This document shows positions 52,237-63,106 of a DNA stretch of 64,000 nt, in pieces. Under the pieces are notes generated by a model. That model saw only the letters and a list, made by a program, of their open reading frames with translations. It made no database searches and had not been told where the DNA came from. The position numbers and the translations under genes are program-made. The stretch is from Thermoanaerobaculia bacterium (GTDB lineage: Bacteria > Acidobacteriota > Thermoanaerobaculia > Multivoradales > JAHEKO01). The DNA lies in assembly GCA_947259925.1 (NCBI GenBank), contig CAMYOG010000042.1, forward strand, positions 15,221 through 79,220, in the 5' to 3' direction. Every line of letters begins with the position of its first letter. Position 1 is the first letter of the stretch.

Positions 52237-52636
52237 CGGTCACGACCGGAGCTACGAGGCCGGGGTCGATCGCGAGATCAGCCTCAAGGGCATTCTCTAT
52301 ACCGGACTGGTCCTGACGGTGGTGGTCGTCGTCTTCGCCGCCCTCATGTGGTGGCTGTCGCTCGGACTGCGCTCGGGCCTGGAGGCGGCCGATCCGCCGC
52401 CGCCCGTGCTGCTCGAGGCGCAGGTCCAGGAGCCGCCGCCGGAGCCGCGACTCCAGACTTCGCCCGAGGCGGACCTGCGTATCCTCCGCCAGGAGGAGAA
52501 CGAGATTCTCCACGGCTACTCCTGGGTCGACGAAGAGGCCGGGATCGCCCAGGTGCCGATCGAGCGCGCGATGGAGATCGTGGCTGCGGGAGGCTCGGTC
52601 GAGCCGGCTCCGGCGAGCGAGGAGGGAGGCTCGTGA
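52229..52636 (+). CDS. small single-TM protein between actF and sco1 (ActG-like ACIII-associated subunit candidate)
   Basis: GTG 52229 in frame with track ORF 52139..52636; one TM segment (ILYTGLVLTVVVVVFAALMWWL); the stop overlaps the next start as GTGA. Confidence 0.4.
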   Translation: MTDGHDRSYEAGVDREISLKGILYTGLVLTVVVVVFAALMWWLSLGLRSGLEAADPPPPVLLEAQVQEPPPEPRLQTSPEADLRILRQEENEILHGYSWVDEEAGIAQVPIERAMEIVAAGGSVEPAPASEEGGS

Positions 52637-53439
52637 GGCTCCGCTCGGCGTGGGCCGTCGTCGCCCTGCTGGCGAGCGCTCCGGCGCTCGCCCAGAGCGG
52701 ACTGCCGAAAGAGCTCGAGCGGGTCGGCCTCGATCAGCGCGTCGGCGAGGCCGTGGCGCTCGACCTGGCGCTGACCGACCACGCCGGAGCGGCGGTCCGG
52801 CTCGGCGACTACTTCGGCGAGCGACCGGTGATCCTGACGCCGGTCTACTACGACTGCCCGATGCTCTGCACGATGGTGCTCGACGGCCTGGTCCGCAGCC
52901 TCAAGGCGGTGACGCTCGAGCCGGGCGTCGACTTCGACGTCGTGGCGGTGAGCTTCGACCCGCGGGAGACCCCCGAGCAGGCACGCGGCCGGCGCGAGCT
53001 GTTCCTCGAGCGCTACGGCCGGAGCGAGGCGGCGAGCGCGGCGCACTTCCTGACCGGCTCCGACGAGGCGGTCGCGGCCCTGATGGACTCGATCGGTTTT
53101 CGCTACAGCTTCGACCCGGAGACCGGTGAGTTCGCACACGCCGCCACCATCGTGGTGCTGACGCCCGAGGGCAAGGTCTCGCGCTACTACCCGGGTGTCG
53201 AGTACCCGCCCCGTGACCTGCGGCTGGCACTGGTCGAGGCGAGCGACGAACAGATCGGCGGCGTGGTCGACCAGGTCCTTCTCTACTGTTTCAAGTACGA
53301 CCCGACAACCGGCCGCTATACGGCGGCGACCATGAACATCATCCGGGCCGGCGGTGTGATCACCCTCGCGCTGATGGCCGGCTTCGTCATCTTGAGCCTG
53401 CGGCGCGAGCGGCGCCGGGCGGCAGGAGCACGCGTTTGA
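52633..53439 (+). CDS. SCO1/SenC-family copper chaperone (thioredoxin fold, CxxxC)
   Basis: Signal/anchor segment; YYDCPMLC motif; conserved His further downstream; GGAGGGAGG SD; GTG start. Confidence 0.75.
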   Translation: MRLRSAWAVVALLASAPALAQSGLPKELERVGLDQRVGEAVALDLALTDHAGAAVRLGDYFGERPVILTPVYYDCPMLCTMVLDGLVRSLKAVTLEPGVDFDVVAVSFDPRETPEQARGRRELFLERYGRSEAASAAHFLTGSDEAVAALMDSIGFRYSFDPETGEFAHAATIVVLTPEGKVSRYYPGVEYPPRDLRLALVEASDEQIGGVVDQVLLYCFKYDPTTGRYTAATMNIIRAGGVITLALMAGFVILSLRRERRRAAGARV

Positions 53440-54374
53440 AGTTCTGGCCCGAGCAGTCCCCTCTCTTCCCCGAGCGCGCGACCGAGATCGCGCGCGAGGT
53501 CGACGCGATCTACTTCTTCGGCCTCGGCATCGCGACCATCTTCTCGCTCCTGATCGCGGTGCTGGTGGTCTACTTCGCGGTGCGCTATCGCCGGCGGCAC
53601 CCCGACGAGGTCGGCGAGCGCGAGCAGGCACCTGCCTGGCTCGAGCTGGTCTGGTCGATCATTCCGCTCGGCATCCTTCTGGTCATGTTCGCCTGGGGCG
53701 CCGACGTCTTCTTCAAGGCGCGGCGGGCGCCCGCCGACGCGGTCGAGTACTACGTCACCGGCAAGCAGTGGATGTGGAAGTTCCAGCATCCGCAAGGGGC
53801 CCGCGAGATCAACGATCTACACGTCCCGGTCGGCGTTCCAGTCAAGCTGATCATGACCTCGGAGGACGTCATCCACTCGTTTTGGGTGCCCGAGTTCCGG
53901 GTCAAGATGGACGTCCTGCCGGGCCGCTACACCACCCTCTGGTTCGAGGTCGATCGCCCCGGTATCTATCGGATCTTCTGTAACGAGTACTGCGGCGTCG
54001 AGCACTCGCTGATGCGCGGCAGCGTGATCGCCATGGAGCCGGCCGACTACGAGGAGTGGCTCGGCGGCGGCCAGCCACTGACGGCGCTGACCAGGACCGG
54101 CGAGCAGGTCTTCGCCGAGAAGACGTGCAATACCTGCCACAAGGACGAGGCCGCGGCGCTCGGGCCGTCGCTGACCGGGTTGTTCGGAACCGAGCGTGAG
54201 TTCCAGGACGGCAGCCGGACGATCGCGGACGAGAACTACATCCGGCAGTCGATCCTCGAGCCCCGAGCGCACCTGGTCATGGGCTACCAGGCGCTGATGC
54301 CTACCTTCCAGGGACAGGTCGACGAAGAGGAGCTGACGCTCCTGATCAACTACATCAAGTCCCTTCAGGATTGA
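53436..54374 (+). CDS. coxB: cytochrome c oxidase subunit II fused to a C-terminal cytochrome c domain (caa3-type)
   Basis: Two TM segments; CuA ligands (H ... [12 protein letters not shown]); C-terminal CNTCH haem c site. A TTG start overlaps the sco1 stop as TTGA. Confidence 0.85.
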   Translation: MKFWPEQSPLFPERATEIAREVDAIYFFGLGIATIFSLLIAVLVVYFAVRYRRRHPDEVGEREQAPAWLELVWSIIPLGILLVMFAWGADVFFKARRAPADAVEYYVTGKQWMWKFQHPQGAREINDLHVPVGVPVKLIMTSEDVIHSFWVPEFRVKMDVLPGRYTTLWFEVDRPGIYRIFCNEYCGVEHSLMRGSVIAMEPADYEEWLGGGQPLTALTRTGEQVFAEKTCNTCHKDEAAALGPSLTGLFGTEREFQDGSRTIADENYIRQSILEPRAHLVMGYQALMPTFQGQVDEEELTLLINYIKSLQD

Positions 54375-54378
54375 GTCG

Positions 54379-56044
<1,666 letters not shown>

Positions 56045-56052
<8 letters not shown>

Positions 56053-56689
56053 GATCCACGCGCCGGGTCTGGCGCACCACTTCGACTCCTACCAGCAGCA
56101 GAAGGAGGCCGCGTTCTTCGGAATGTGGGTCTTCCTGGCGACCGAGGTGCTCTTCTTCGGCGGTCTCTTCTGCGCCTACCTGGTCTATCGGTCGGCCAAC
56201 CCGGAGGCGTTCGCCGCCGGCAGCCGCGAGCTCGACATCGTCCTCGGGGCGATCAACACCGCGGTCCTGATCGGTAGCAGCCTGACCATGGCGCTGGCGG
56301 TGCACGCGGCCCAGGTCGGCAAGAGGAAGATGATCGCCGCCTGGATGGGCGCGACGATCCTGCTCGGCGGGACGTTCCTCGGCATCAAGGTCGTCGAGTA
56401 CTCGCACAAGATCCACGAGGGTCACTTCCCGGGTCCGAACTTCGTCTGGCACGGTCCGGAAGTGAACGTCGAGATGTTCTTCAACGTCTACTTCCTGATG
56501 ACCGGCCTGCACGCGCTGCACATGATCATCGGCATCGGCATCATGCTGGTTCTGATCCCGCTCGCCTGGAAGGGTCGCTTCACGCCCGAGAGCCACAACT
56601 ACGTCGAAGGGTTCGGGCTCTACTGGCACTTCGTCGACATCGTCTGGATCTTCCTCTTCCCGCTCCTCTACCTGCTGGACGTCGGCTAG
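56045..56689 (+). CDS. coxC: cytochrome c oxidase subunit III
   Basis: Start [15 protein letters not shown]; C-terminus [21 protein letters not shown]. Confidence 0.8.
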
Positions 56690-56704
56690 CGCGGGAAACT
56701 CGAC

Positions 56705-56989
56705 ATGAGCGAGCACATCACACCCATCCGCACCTACCTGCTGATCTTCTTCGCGCTGATGATCCTGACCGTGGTGACCGTGGCCGTCGCCATGGTCGAC
56801 CTGGGAGCGCTCAACGACGTCGTCGCGATGGGGATCGCCATCTTCAAGGCGAGCCTGGTCGTGCTCTTCTTCATGCACGTCAAGAAGAGCCGCCTGATGA
56901 CCAAGATCACGGTGGTGGCGAGCGCTTTCTGGCTGCTGATCCTCTTCGGCCTGACGCTCAGCGACTACGTAACCCGCGGCTTCCTGTAA
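56705..56989 (+). CDS. coxD: cytochrome c oxidase subunit IV (caa3-type small subunit)
   Basis: 94 aa with 3 TM segments, directly after coxC. Confidence 0.6.
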   Translation: MSEHITPIRTYLLIFFALMILTVVTVAVAMVDLGALNDVVAMGIAIFKASLVVLFFMHVKKSRLMTKITVVASAFWLLILFGLTLSDYVTRGFL

Positions 56990-57184
56990 TCCGGGGACAG
57001 GTTGAGGATTTCACCCAGCCTTACTGCGCGTCGCGCGAACATCGATACTCGATGGGTCTACCGGTAATGAACTCGGGGACACAATGCTGATTTCGTCCCG
57101 ACCCGCACCGGGGAGGACGGAATCAGTATTGCCTCCCCGGCCTAGCCGTAAGGCTGAGTGAAATCCTCAACCTGTCCCCGAATT
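56988..57184. repeat. MITE/REP-like element, family A, copy 2 (37-bp terminal inverted repeats, 2 mismatches)
   Basis: Left arm AATCCGGGGACAGGTTGAGGATTTCACCCAGCCTTAC (56988-57024) is the reverse complement of the right arm at 57148-57184. There is an internal partial copy ACTCGGGGACAC. It lies between the coxD stop and the stop of the convergent gene. Confidence 0.6.
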
Positions 57185-57884
57185 AGCTGCGGGCGCTGAG
57201 GATCAGATCGACCGTCCGCTCCGGCGATAGACGCTCGACGTTCAGGGTCATGTCGAAGCGGAGCGGATCGCGAGCGCCAACGCCGTAGTGCTGGCGCATG
57301 AAGGTCGAGCGCGCGGCTTCGATCCTCTGGATCTCGTGCTGAGCGGCTGCGGGCTCGAGGCTGTGCTGCTCGGCGAAGTGCGCAACCCGGTATTCGAGCG
57401 GCGCGATCAACTGGACGCGCAGGCCCATCGAGGTGGGCAGCACACGGTCGAGACCGCGCCCGACGAAGACGCCGGAGCTCTGCCGGGCGAGCGATAGCAC
57501 CGTCTTACACAGGCGGTGGAAGTAGTCGTTGCGCGTGAGTCCGTCTCGGATCAGCGGGTTGAGCACGTCCTCCCACCAGCCGACGTCACGCTCGTCCATC
57601 GACGCGTAGACCTGACGGAGGCGGCGATCGTCGCCAGCCATGGCGGTCAGGATCTGCTTGTCGAACACCGGCCAACCGAGCCGCTTGGCGAGCTGGTTGG
57701 CGATCGCGTCGCCCACACCGACCATGCGTGAGACGCAGATGAACGGCTCGACTTGCCGGCGCTGCTTGGCGGGCGTCGCGGGACGCTGCGAGCGCGCGAG
57801 CTCCCAGTTGCGCATCTGCCGATCGACCAGGGCACTGGTCGCGGGGTCCACGAGTCCTGCCACGTCGTCGTCCTCCCGATCCAT
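57183..57884 (-). CDS. cytidylate-kinase-like family P-loop protein (AAA_33/CMK-like), function unknown
   Basis: P-loop-like ICVSRMVGVGDAIANQLAKRLGWPV. Start at ATG MDREDDD (57882-57884), or alternatively GTG 57914. It is flanked by the repeat A copy (3' side) and the repeat B copy (5' side). Confidence 0.5.
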   Translation of the reverse strand: MDREDDDVAGLVDPATSALVDRQMRNWELARSQRPATPAKQRRQVEPFICVSRMVGVGDAIANQLAKRLGWPVFDKQILTAMAGDDRRLRQVYASMDERDVGWWEDVLNPLIRDGLTRNDYFHRLCKTVLSLARQSSGVFVGRGLDRVLPTSMGLRVQLIAPLEYRVAHFAEQHSLEPAAAQHEIQRIEAARSTFMRQHYGVGARDPLRFDMTLNVERLSPERTVDLILSARS

Positions 57885-57959
57885 GACAGCACATCGGTAC
57901 GGTGGACGCGCCACGCCTCGGGGTGGGACCCCTCTGCGGTGGTCCCTGATCCGGGTCCA

Positions 57960-58063
57960 GATCCGGTGACAGGAACCTCATCTCGGCCCCGTTCGATGGC
58001 CTCGGTCCCCTCAACCGCCAGCTCCGCTGCGGCTGTTGAGACAAGTATCCTGTCACCGGATCT
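57960..58063. repeat. MITE/REP-like element, family B, copy 2
   Basis: Left arm GATCCGGTGACAGGAACCTCATCTC (57960-57984) and right arm AGTATCCTGTCACCGGATC (58045-58063) form a 15-bp inverted repeat and share the 22-bp unit of copy 1. It ends 3 nt before the lysE-like ATG. Confidence 0.5.
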
Positions 58064-58066
58064 CTC

Positions 58067-58672
58067 ATGGAAACGCTCGCGACGGCTTTCGCGCTCGGAT
58101 TCACGGCAGGCATCAGCCCCGGTCCGCTGCTGACCGTGGTCATCACTTCGACCCTGGAGCGCGGCTTCGGGGCCGGGGTACGGGTGGCGATCGCGCCCGC
58201 ACTGACCGATGGGCCGATCATCGCGATCGCGCTGCTGGTGCTCAAGGACCTGCCGACCGACTGGCTGCGGGGAATCACCACGGCTGGCGGCGCTTTCGTG
58301 ATCTGGATCGGCATCCAGACCGTCCGCTCGGCCCGTCACGAGCTTCGCCTGGGGGACGAGCCCGGCTCGTCGATGCGCGATCTCGGGCGCGGCGTCCTGG
58401 TCAACCTGTTGAATCCACACCCGTGGCTCTTCTGGCTCACCGTCGGCGGACCGCTCCTGATCGCCGCCTGGCGCGACGGGATCCTCTGGGCGGCCGGCTT
58501 CCTGGCGGTCTTCTACGGCCTGATCGTCGGCTGCAAGATCGTGCTCGCCTGGATCACCGCACGCGGCCGGCGTTTCCTGACCGGAGCCTGGTACCGGCGG
58601 GTCCTGGCGGCCTCGGGGACCCTGCTGATCGGACTGGGCGGGTTGCTGATCTGGCAGGCCGTGCGCGCGTGA
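58067..58672 (+). CDS. LysE/RhtB-family amino-acid exporter
   Basis: 201 aa with 6 TM segments; N-terminal AFALGFTAGISPGPLL family motif. Confidence 0.8.
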   Translation: METLATAFALGFTAGISPGPLLTVVITSTLERGFGAGVRVAIAPALTDGPIIAIALLVLKDLPTDWLRGITTAGGAFVIWIGIQTVRSARHELRLGDEPGSSMRDLGRGVLVNLLNPHPWLFWLTVGGPLLIAAWRDGILWAAGFLAVFYGLIVGCKIVLAWITARGRRFLTGAWYRRVLAASGTLLIGLGGLLIWQAVRA

Positions 58673-58685
58673 GACAATCCGCCCG

Positions 58686-60239
58686 ATGTCGGCAGCGCTG
58701 TTCGAGCCACCGGAGCGATTCAACATCGCCGACTACTTCCTCGGCGATCGGATCCGTGAAGGCCTGGGCGACCGCGCCGCCCTGCGGCTCGACGACGCCC
58801 AGGTCAGCTACGCCGAGCTCGAGCGACTCGCCTGCCGCTACGGCAACGCCCTGCTCGAGGCCGGCCTCCGCCGCCAGCAGCGCGTCTTCCTGCTGCTCAA
58901 GGACGGCGTCGAGTTCCCGGCCGCCCTCTTCGGCATCCTCAAGATCGGTGGGGTCGCGATCATGGTCAACCCGGCGCAGAAGCCGGACAAGCTCGCGGCG
59001 CTGATCGACTACTGCGAGCCGGCGTGCGCCCTCGTCGACAGCACTCATCTCGAGGCGCTCGAGGGCGCCTGCGCCAAGGCGGACGAGCCGCCGAGAATCC
59101 TGACCGCTGGAACCGAGGGCTCCGACCACGATTCGATCGAAGGTCTCGTCGCCGCCGCCCCGGAGGAGCTGTCATCGGTCAACACCCATCGTTTCGACCC
59201 GGCGATCTGGCTCTTCTCGGGCGGCACGACCGGGCGGCCGAAAGCGGTCGTCCAGACCCACCAGTCGTTCGCCAATACGACCGAGTGCTACGCCAAGCGC
59301 GCCCTCGGCTACGGTCCGGACGACGTCACCCTGTCGATCCCGAAGCTCTACTTCGGCTACGCGACCGGGTCGAACCTGCTCTTCCCGCTCGCGGTCGGCG
59401 GCTCGGCAGTCCTTTTTCCTGAGCATCCGACGCCCGAGGTCGTCTTCGACAAGATCCGCCGCCACCGCCCGACCATCCTGATCAACGTCCCGACCATGAT
59501 CCACAAGATGGTCGATCACCCGGACGCGGCGGAGCAGGACCTGTCGTCGATCCGTTTCGCGACCTCGGCCGGCGAGGCGCTACCGGCGCCCCTCTACCAC
59601 CGTTGGCAGGAGACCTTCGGCGTCGAGCTTCTCGACGGCCTCGGCACCGCCGAGATGTGGCACATCTTCTTGAGCAACGTACCGGGCGCGGTCAGGCCGG
59701 GCACGCTCGGGCGGGTGGTACCCGGGTTCGAGATCAAGATCTGCGACGACGACGGTAACGAGATCGCCGACGGCGAGGTCGGCCGGCTCTGGGTGCGCGG
59801 CGACTCGCGCGCGCTCGGCTACTGGCGCAACCTCGAGAAGACTGCTCAGGCGTTCCAGGGCGAGTGGTTCGTCGGCGGCGATCTGGTCAGCCGTGACGCC
59901 GACGGCTACGTCACCTACAGCGGCCGCTCGGACGACGTGCTCAAGGTGGCCGGCAAGTGGCTCGCGCCGCAGGAGGTCGAGAGCTGCTTGATGAAGCACC
60001 CCGGCGTCGCCGAGTGCGCGGTGGTCGGGATCGAAGACCAGGCAGGTCTGACCAAACCGTACGCTTTCGTCCTGGCCAAAGGCGAGCCGGCGGGGCTGGA
60101 GGACGCGCTCAAGGAGCATTGCCTCGCCCACCTCCAGGGCTACAAGCACCCGCGCCGGGTGATCGTCCTCGACGACTTCCCCCGGACGCACCTGGGAAAG
60201 ATCGACCGCGGCAGGCTCAAGCAGCTGGCCGGTTCGTAG
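58686..60239 (+). CDS. aromatic acid-CoA ligase (benzoate / 4-hydroxybenzoate-CoA ligase family, AMP-binding)
   Basis: AMP-binding motif FSGGTTGRPKAV and C-terminal GKIDRGRLKQL; overall similar to benzoate-CoA ligases. Confidence 0.8.
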   Translation: MSAALFEPPERFNIADYFLGDRIREGLGDRAALRLDDAQVSYAELERLACRYGNALLEAGLRRQQRVFLLLKDGVEFPAALFGILKIGGVAIMVNPAQKPDKLAALIDYCEPACALVDSTHLEALEGACAKADEPPRILTAGTEGSDHDSIEGLVAAAPEELSSVNTHRFDPAIWLFSGGTTGRPKAVVQTHQSFANTTECYAKRALGYGPDDVTLSIPKLYFGYATGSNLLFPLAVGGSAVLFPEHPTPEVVFDKIRRHRPTILINVPTMIHKMVDHPDAAEQDLSSIRFATSAGEALPAPLYHRWQETFGVELLDGLGTAEMWHIFLSNVPGAVRPGTLGRVVPGFEIKICDDDGNEIADGEVGRLWVRGDSRALGYWRNLEKTAQAFQGEWFVGGDLVSRDADGYVTYSGRSDDVLKVAGKWLAPQEVESCLMKHPGVAECAVVGIEDQAGLTKPYAFVLAKGEPAGLEDALKEHCLAHLQGYKHPRRVIVLDDFPRTHLGKIDRGRLKQLAGS

Positions 60240-60258
60240 GTCGGCCCAGACGAGGAAA

Positions 60259-60285
60259 CGGCCCAGTCAGACTGGGCCGTGATCA
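60259..60285. terminator. perfect 10-bp-stem hairpin (CGGCCCAGTC-AGA-GACTGGGCCG) between convergent genes
   Basis: Located 20 nt after the ligase stop. There is no strong T-tract, so it may be a bidirectional or Rho-assisted stop. Confidence 0.35.
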
Positions 60286-60521
60286 CTCGAGTGGTCCTTT
60301 TGGAGCCTCTAGACTCGGTCCCCTGTGGTCTCGTCCTGACCGGGGCGACAGTCAGCGACCCTCGAGCGTGCTGGATAGCCCTCGAAGACCGCCGTGACTG
60401 GAGTGCCACCGCCGGCCCGCGAGGGCTCTGGGTGGCCCGGTGGAGTCATTGAAGCTCCTCTTGCTTGTCCGAGCTCGAATGTACTCCTGTTCGCAGCCCG
60501 GGTCAAATCGAAGCTCATGCA

Positions 60522-60953
60522 TCAGCTCCCGGCACCCAGTCCGAGCGACTCGAAGGTGCTCGACGTCTCCGGGTTCAGGTCGTAGTCGAACAGCCGCTCA
60601 TCAGGCACCCAGGCGTAGTCGGAGAACTCGGCATTGAGGGAGACCTCCGCCCCCACCGCCCGGCAGTGGAAGAGCAGGAAGATCATGTAGACCGTCTTCC
60701 GGCGGCCATCGGCAAAGGTCTTCTCGTACTCGCCGTCCTTGAAGAACGCCGGCCGGATATCGGTGATCTCGAGGCCGACCTCCTCGCGCAGCTCGCGTCG
60801 CAGCGCCTCCTCCATCCGCTCGCCCGGCTCGACACCGCCACCGGTCAGTCCCCACTTGCCCGGGAAGACGCCCCGATCGTCGCTCATCCGGCAGAGGAGG
60901 AGCTGGTCGCGCTGGTTGCGGACCAGACCGACGACGATGACCCGCGTGTTCAC
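60522..60953 (-). CDS. NUDIX hydrolase
   Basis: Nudix box GGGVEPGERMEEALRRELREEVGL. Confidence 0.8.
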   Translation of the reverse strand: MNTRVIVVGLVRNQRDQLLLCRMSDDRGVFPGKWGLTGGGVEPGERMEEALRRELREEVGLEITDIRPAFFKDGEYEKTFADGRRKTVYMIFLLFHCRAVGAEVSLNAEFSDYAWVPDERLFDYDLNPETSSTFESLGLGAGS

Positions 60954-60960
60954 GGGTCGC

Positions 60961-61371
60961 TCACGTGACCAACCGCTTCCGCAGCCACTCGGGGATCTCG
61001 AACTTCTCGAACGTGTCCATGTTGGTGTTGACGGTCACCTGCCGGCCGACGGCGGCCGGCTCGTCCTCGCCCGGGCGGAAGAGCCTGTAGGTCCAGGTCA
61101 CCGAGGTGGTACCAATCTTCTCGGGCTTCACCTCGACGCCGACCCGGTCGCCGTACCGGAGCGGGCGCATGAAGTCCATCTCCAGATGGACGGTCGGGTA
61201 GGCCAATCGATGCTCCTTGATCAGCACCGGATAGTCGATGCCGACCACCTTCGAGAAGTACTCCTCGAGCGCGATGTGGATGTAGTTCAGGAAGCGCGGG
61301 AAGTAGACGATACCGGCGCGATCGACATCGCCGAACCGGACCGTGATCGTCGCTCGGAAGGAAGACGTCAT
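60961..61371 (-). CDS. hotdog-fold acyl-CoA thioesterase (4-hydroxybenzoyl-CoA thioesterase / YbgC-like)
   Basis: Start MTSSFRATITVRFGDVD (the 11 upstream codons are rejected); 4HBT-family features (DxD near the N-terminus, YPTVHLEMDF); overlaps the malic enzyme stop as ATGA. Confidence 0.65.
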   Translation of the reverse strand: MTSSFRATITVRFGDVDRAGIVYFPRFLNYIHIALEEYFSKVVGIDYPVLIKEHRLAYPTVHLEMDFMRPLRYGDRVGVEVKPEKIGTTSVTWTYRLFRPGEDEPAAVGRQVTVNTNMDTFEKFEIPEWLRKRLVT

Positions 61372-63071
61372 ACCGGCACCAGCTCGGGATAGGCCGGCGA
61401 CCACATCGCCTCGGCGACCACTTCGTCGAGCGCCTCGTCGTCGAACCGGCGGCCGACGCCATCGAGGTCAGCCTGACGCACCACGGCCACCGCTACTCGT
61501 CGAGTCACTTCACGCAGCCGCGCCACTTCCGGGTAGACCTGCGAGCGCTTCATCTCGTCGGGTGTCAGCGCGTCGGCCAGCGCCTGCGCGGCGGCCGTGA
61601 ACATGCCGTCGGTGACCGCGCTCGCTTCGGCGACCAGCGCTCCCAAGCCGACGCCCGGGAAGATGAAAGCGTTGTTGCCCTGACCGATGTGAATCTCGCG
61701 GCCGTCCCAGACGACCGGGTCGAACGGGCTGCCGGTGCCGATCAACGCCCGGCCCCCGGTCCACCTGACCAGCTCCTCGGGGCGGGCTTCGGCGTTGGCG
61801 GTCGGATTCGACAGCGGAAAGACGATCGGCCGCTCGGCGTTCTGCGCGACGGCGCGCACCAGCTCCTCCGAAAAGAGCCCCGGTTGACCCGAGGTGCCGA
61901 TCAGCACGGTCGGCTCGAGCCGCGCGACGACCGCCTCGAGGCTCCGGTCCTCCACCAGGCCGTGGGCGGCCGCCAGCTCGGCGGGCCACGCCAGCGCCCC
62001 CTTGTAGGCGTCGAGGCGCTCGCGGTCGTCGACGATCAGGCCGCGCGAGTCGAGCACCGCAATCGCCCGGGTCAGGTCGTCGCCCTCGACCCCGGCGGTC
62101 ACGAGGGCGGACTTGAGCTGCTGGCCGATGCCGATACCGGCCGCGCCTCCGCCGACGATCACCACCCGCTGCGCGGCCAGCTCCTGACCACCGATCCGGC
62201 AGGCGCCGATCAGGCCGGCGAGCGTCATCGCGCCGGTCCCCTGGATGTCGTCGTTGAACGACAGGATCCGATCGCGGTAGCGCTCGAGCAGCTCGAAGGC
62301 GTTGCTCTTCGAAAAGTCCTCCCACTGGAGGAGCACCCCCGGGAAAACCTCGGCCATCGCCTCGACCAGCTCGTCCACCAGCTCGGCGTAGGCGTCGCCC
62401 CGCAGTCTCGACTCGGGCCAGCCCATGTAGAGCGGGTCGTCGAGGAGCTTCTCGTTGTCGGTACCGACGTCGAGGCTGATCGGCATCACCTGGCTCGGGT
62501 GGACCCCGGCCGCGGCGCAGTAGATCGACAGCTTGCCGATCGGGATGACGATGCCGCCCGCCCCCTGGTCGCCGATACCGAGGATCGCCTGGTTGTCGGT
62601 GACCACCGACATGCGGACGTTCGAGAACGGACTGTTGCGCAGCACCTCGGCGATGCGCCCCCGGTGCGCCGGAGTGATCCAGAGCCCGCGCCCGCGCCGG
62701 AAGATGTGGCTGAACATCTTCGACGCCTGGCCGACGGTCGGGGTGTAGACGATCGGCAGGAACTCGTCGAGGTGCTCGAGCAGCAGCTTGTAGAACAGGT
62801 GCTCGTTGCGGTCCTGGAGCGCCATCATGCCGATATAGCGCTCGAGCGGGTCGTCCTTGCGGCAGATGTTCTCGTAGACCCGCTCGGCCTGCTGCTGCAT
62901 GGTGCTGACGACGTCCGGCAGCAGGCCGTCGAGGTGGAACGTGCAGCGCTCTTCGGCAGTAAAGGCGGAGCTCTTGTTGTACATCGGCTGGCTGAGCAGC
63001 TCGGTCCCCCGGTAGGGGACCTCGACTCGGAGCCGGCCGTCGGGGAGCTTGGTGCTGCGGTACTCGGTCAC
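61368..63071 (-). CDS. NAD(P)-dependent malic enzyme
   Basis: Malic enzyme conservation (FNDDIQGTGAMTLAG, VVIVGGGAAGIGIG, FPLSNPT). Confidence 0.85.
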   Translation of the reverse strand: MTEYRSTKLPDGRLRVEVPYRGTELLSQPMYNKSSAFTAEERCTFHLDGLLPDVVSTMQQQAERVYENICRKDDPLERYIGMMALQDRNEHLFYKLLLEHLDEFLPIVYTPTVGQASKMFSHIFRRGRGLWITPAHRGRIAEVLRNSPFSNVRMSVVTDNQAILGIGDQGAGGIVIPIGKLSIYCAAAGVHPSQVMPISLDVGTDNEKLLDDPLYMGWPESRLRGDAYAELVDELVEAMAEVFPGVLLQWEDFSKSNAFELLERYRDRILSFNDDIQGTGAMTLAGLIGACRIGGQELAAQRVVIVGGGAAGIGIGQQLKSALVTAGVEGDDLTRAIAVLDSRGLIVDDRERLDAYKGALAWPAELAAAHGLVEDRSLEAVVARLEPTVLIGTSGQPGLFSEELVRAVAQNAERPIVFPLSNPTANAEARPEELVRWTGGRALIGTGSPFDPVVWDGREIHIGQGNNAFIFPGVGLGALVAEASAVTDGMFTAAAQALADALTPDEMKRSQVYPEVARLREVTRRVAVAVVRQADLDGVGRRFDDEALDEVVAEAMWSPAYPELVPV

Positions 63072-63106
63072 GGCGACAGGTTATCCACTTTCGAGGTCGA
63101 TGGAGA

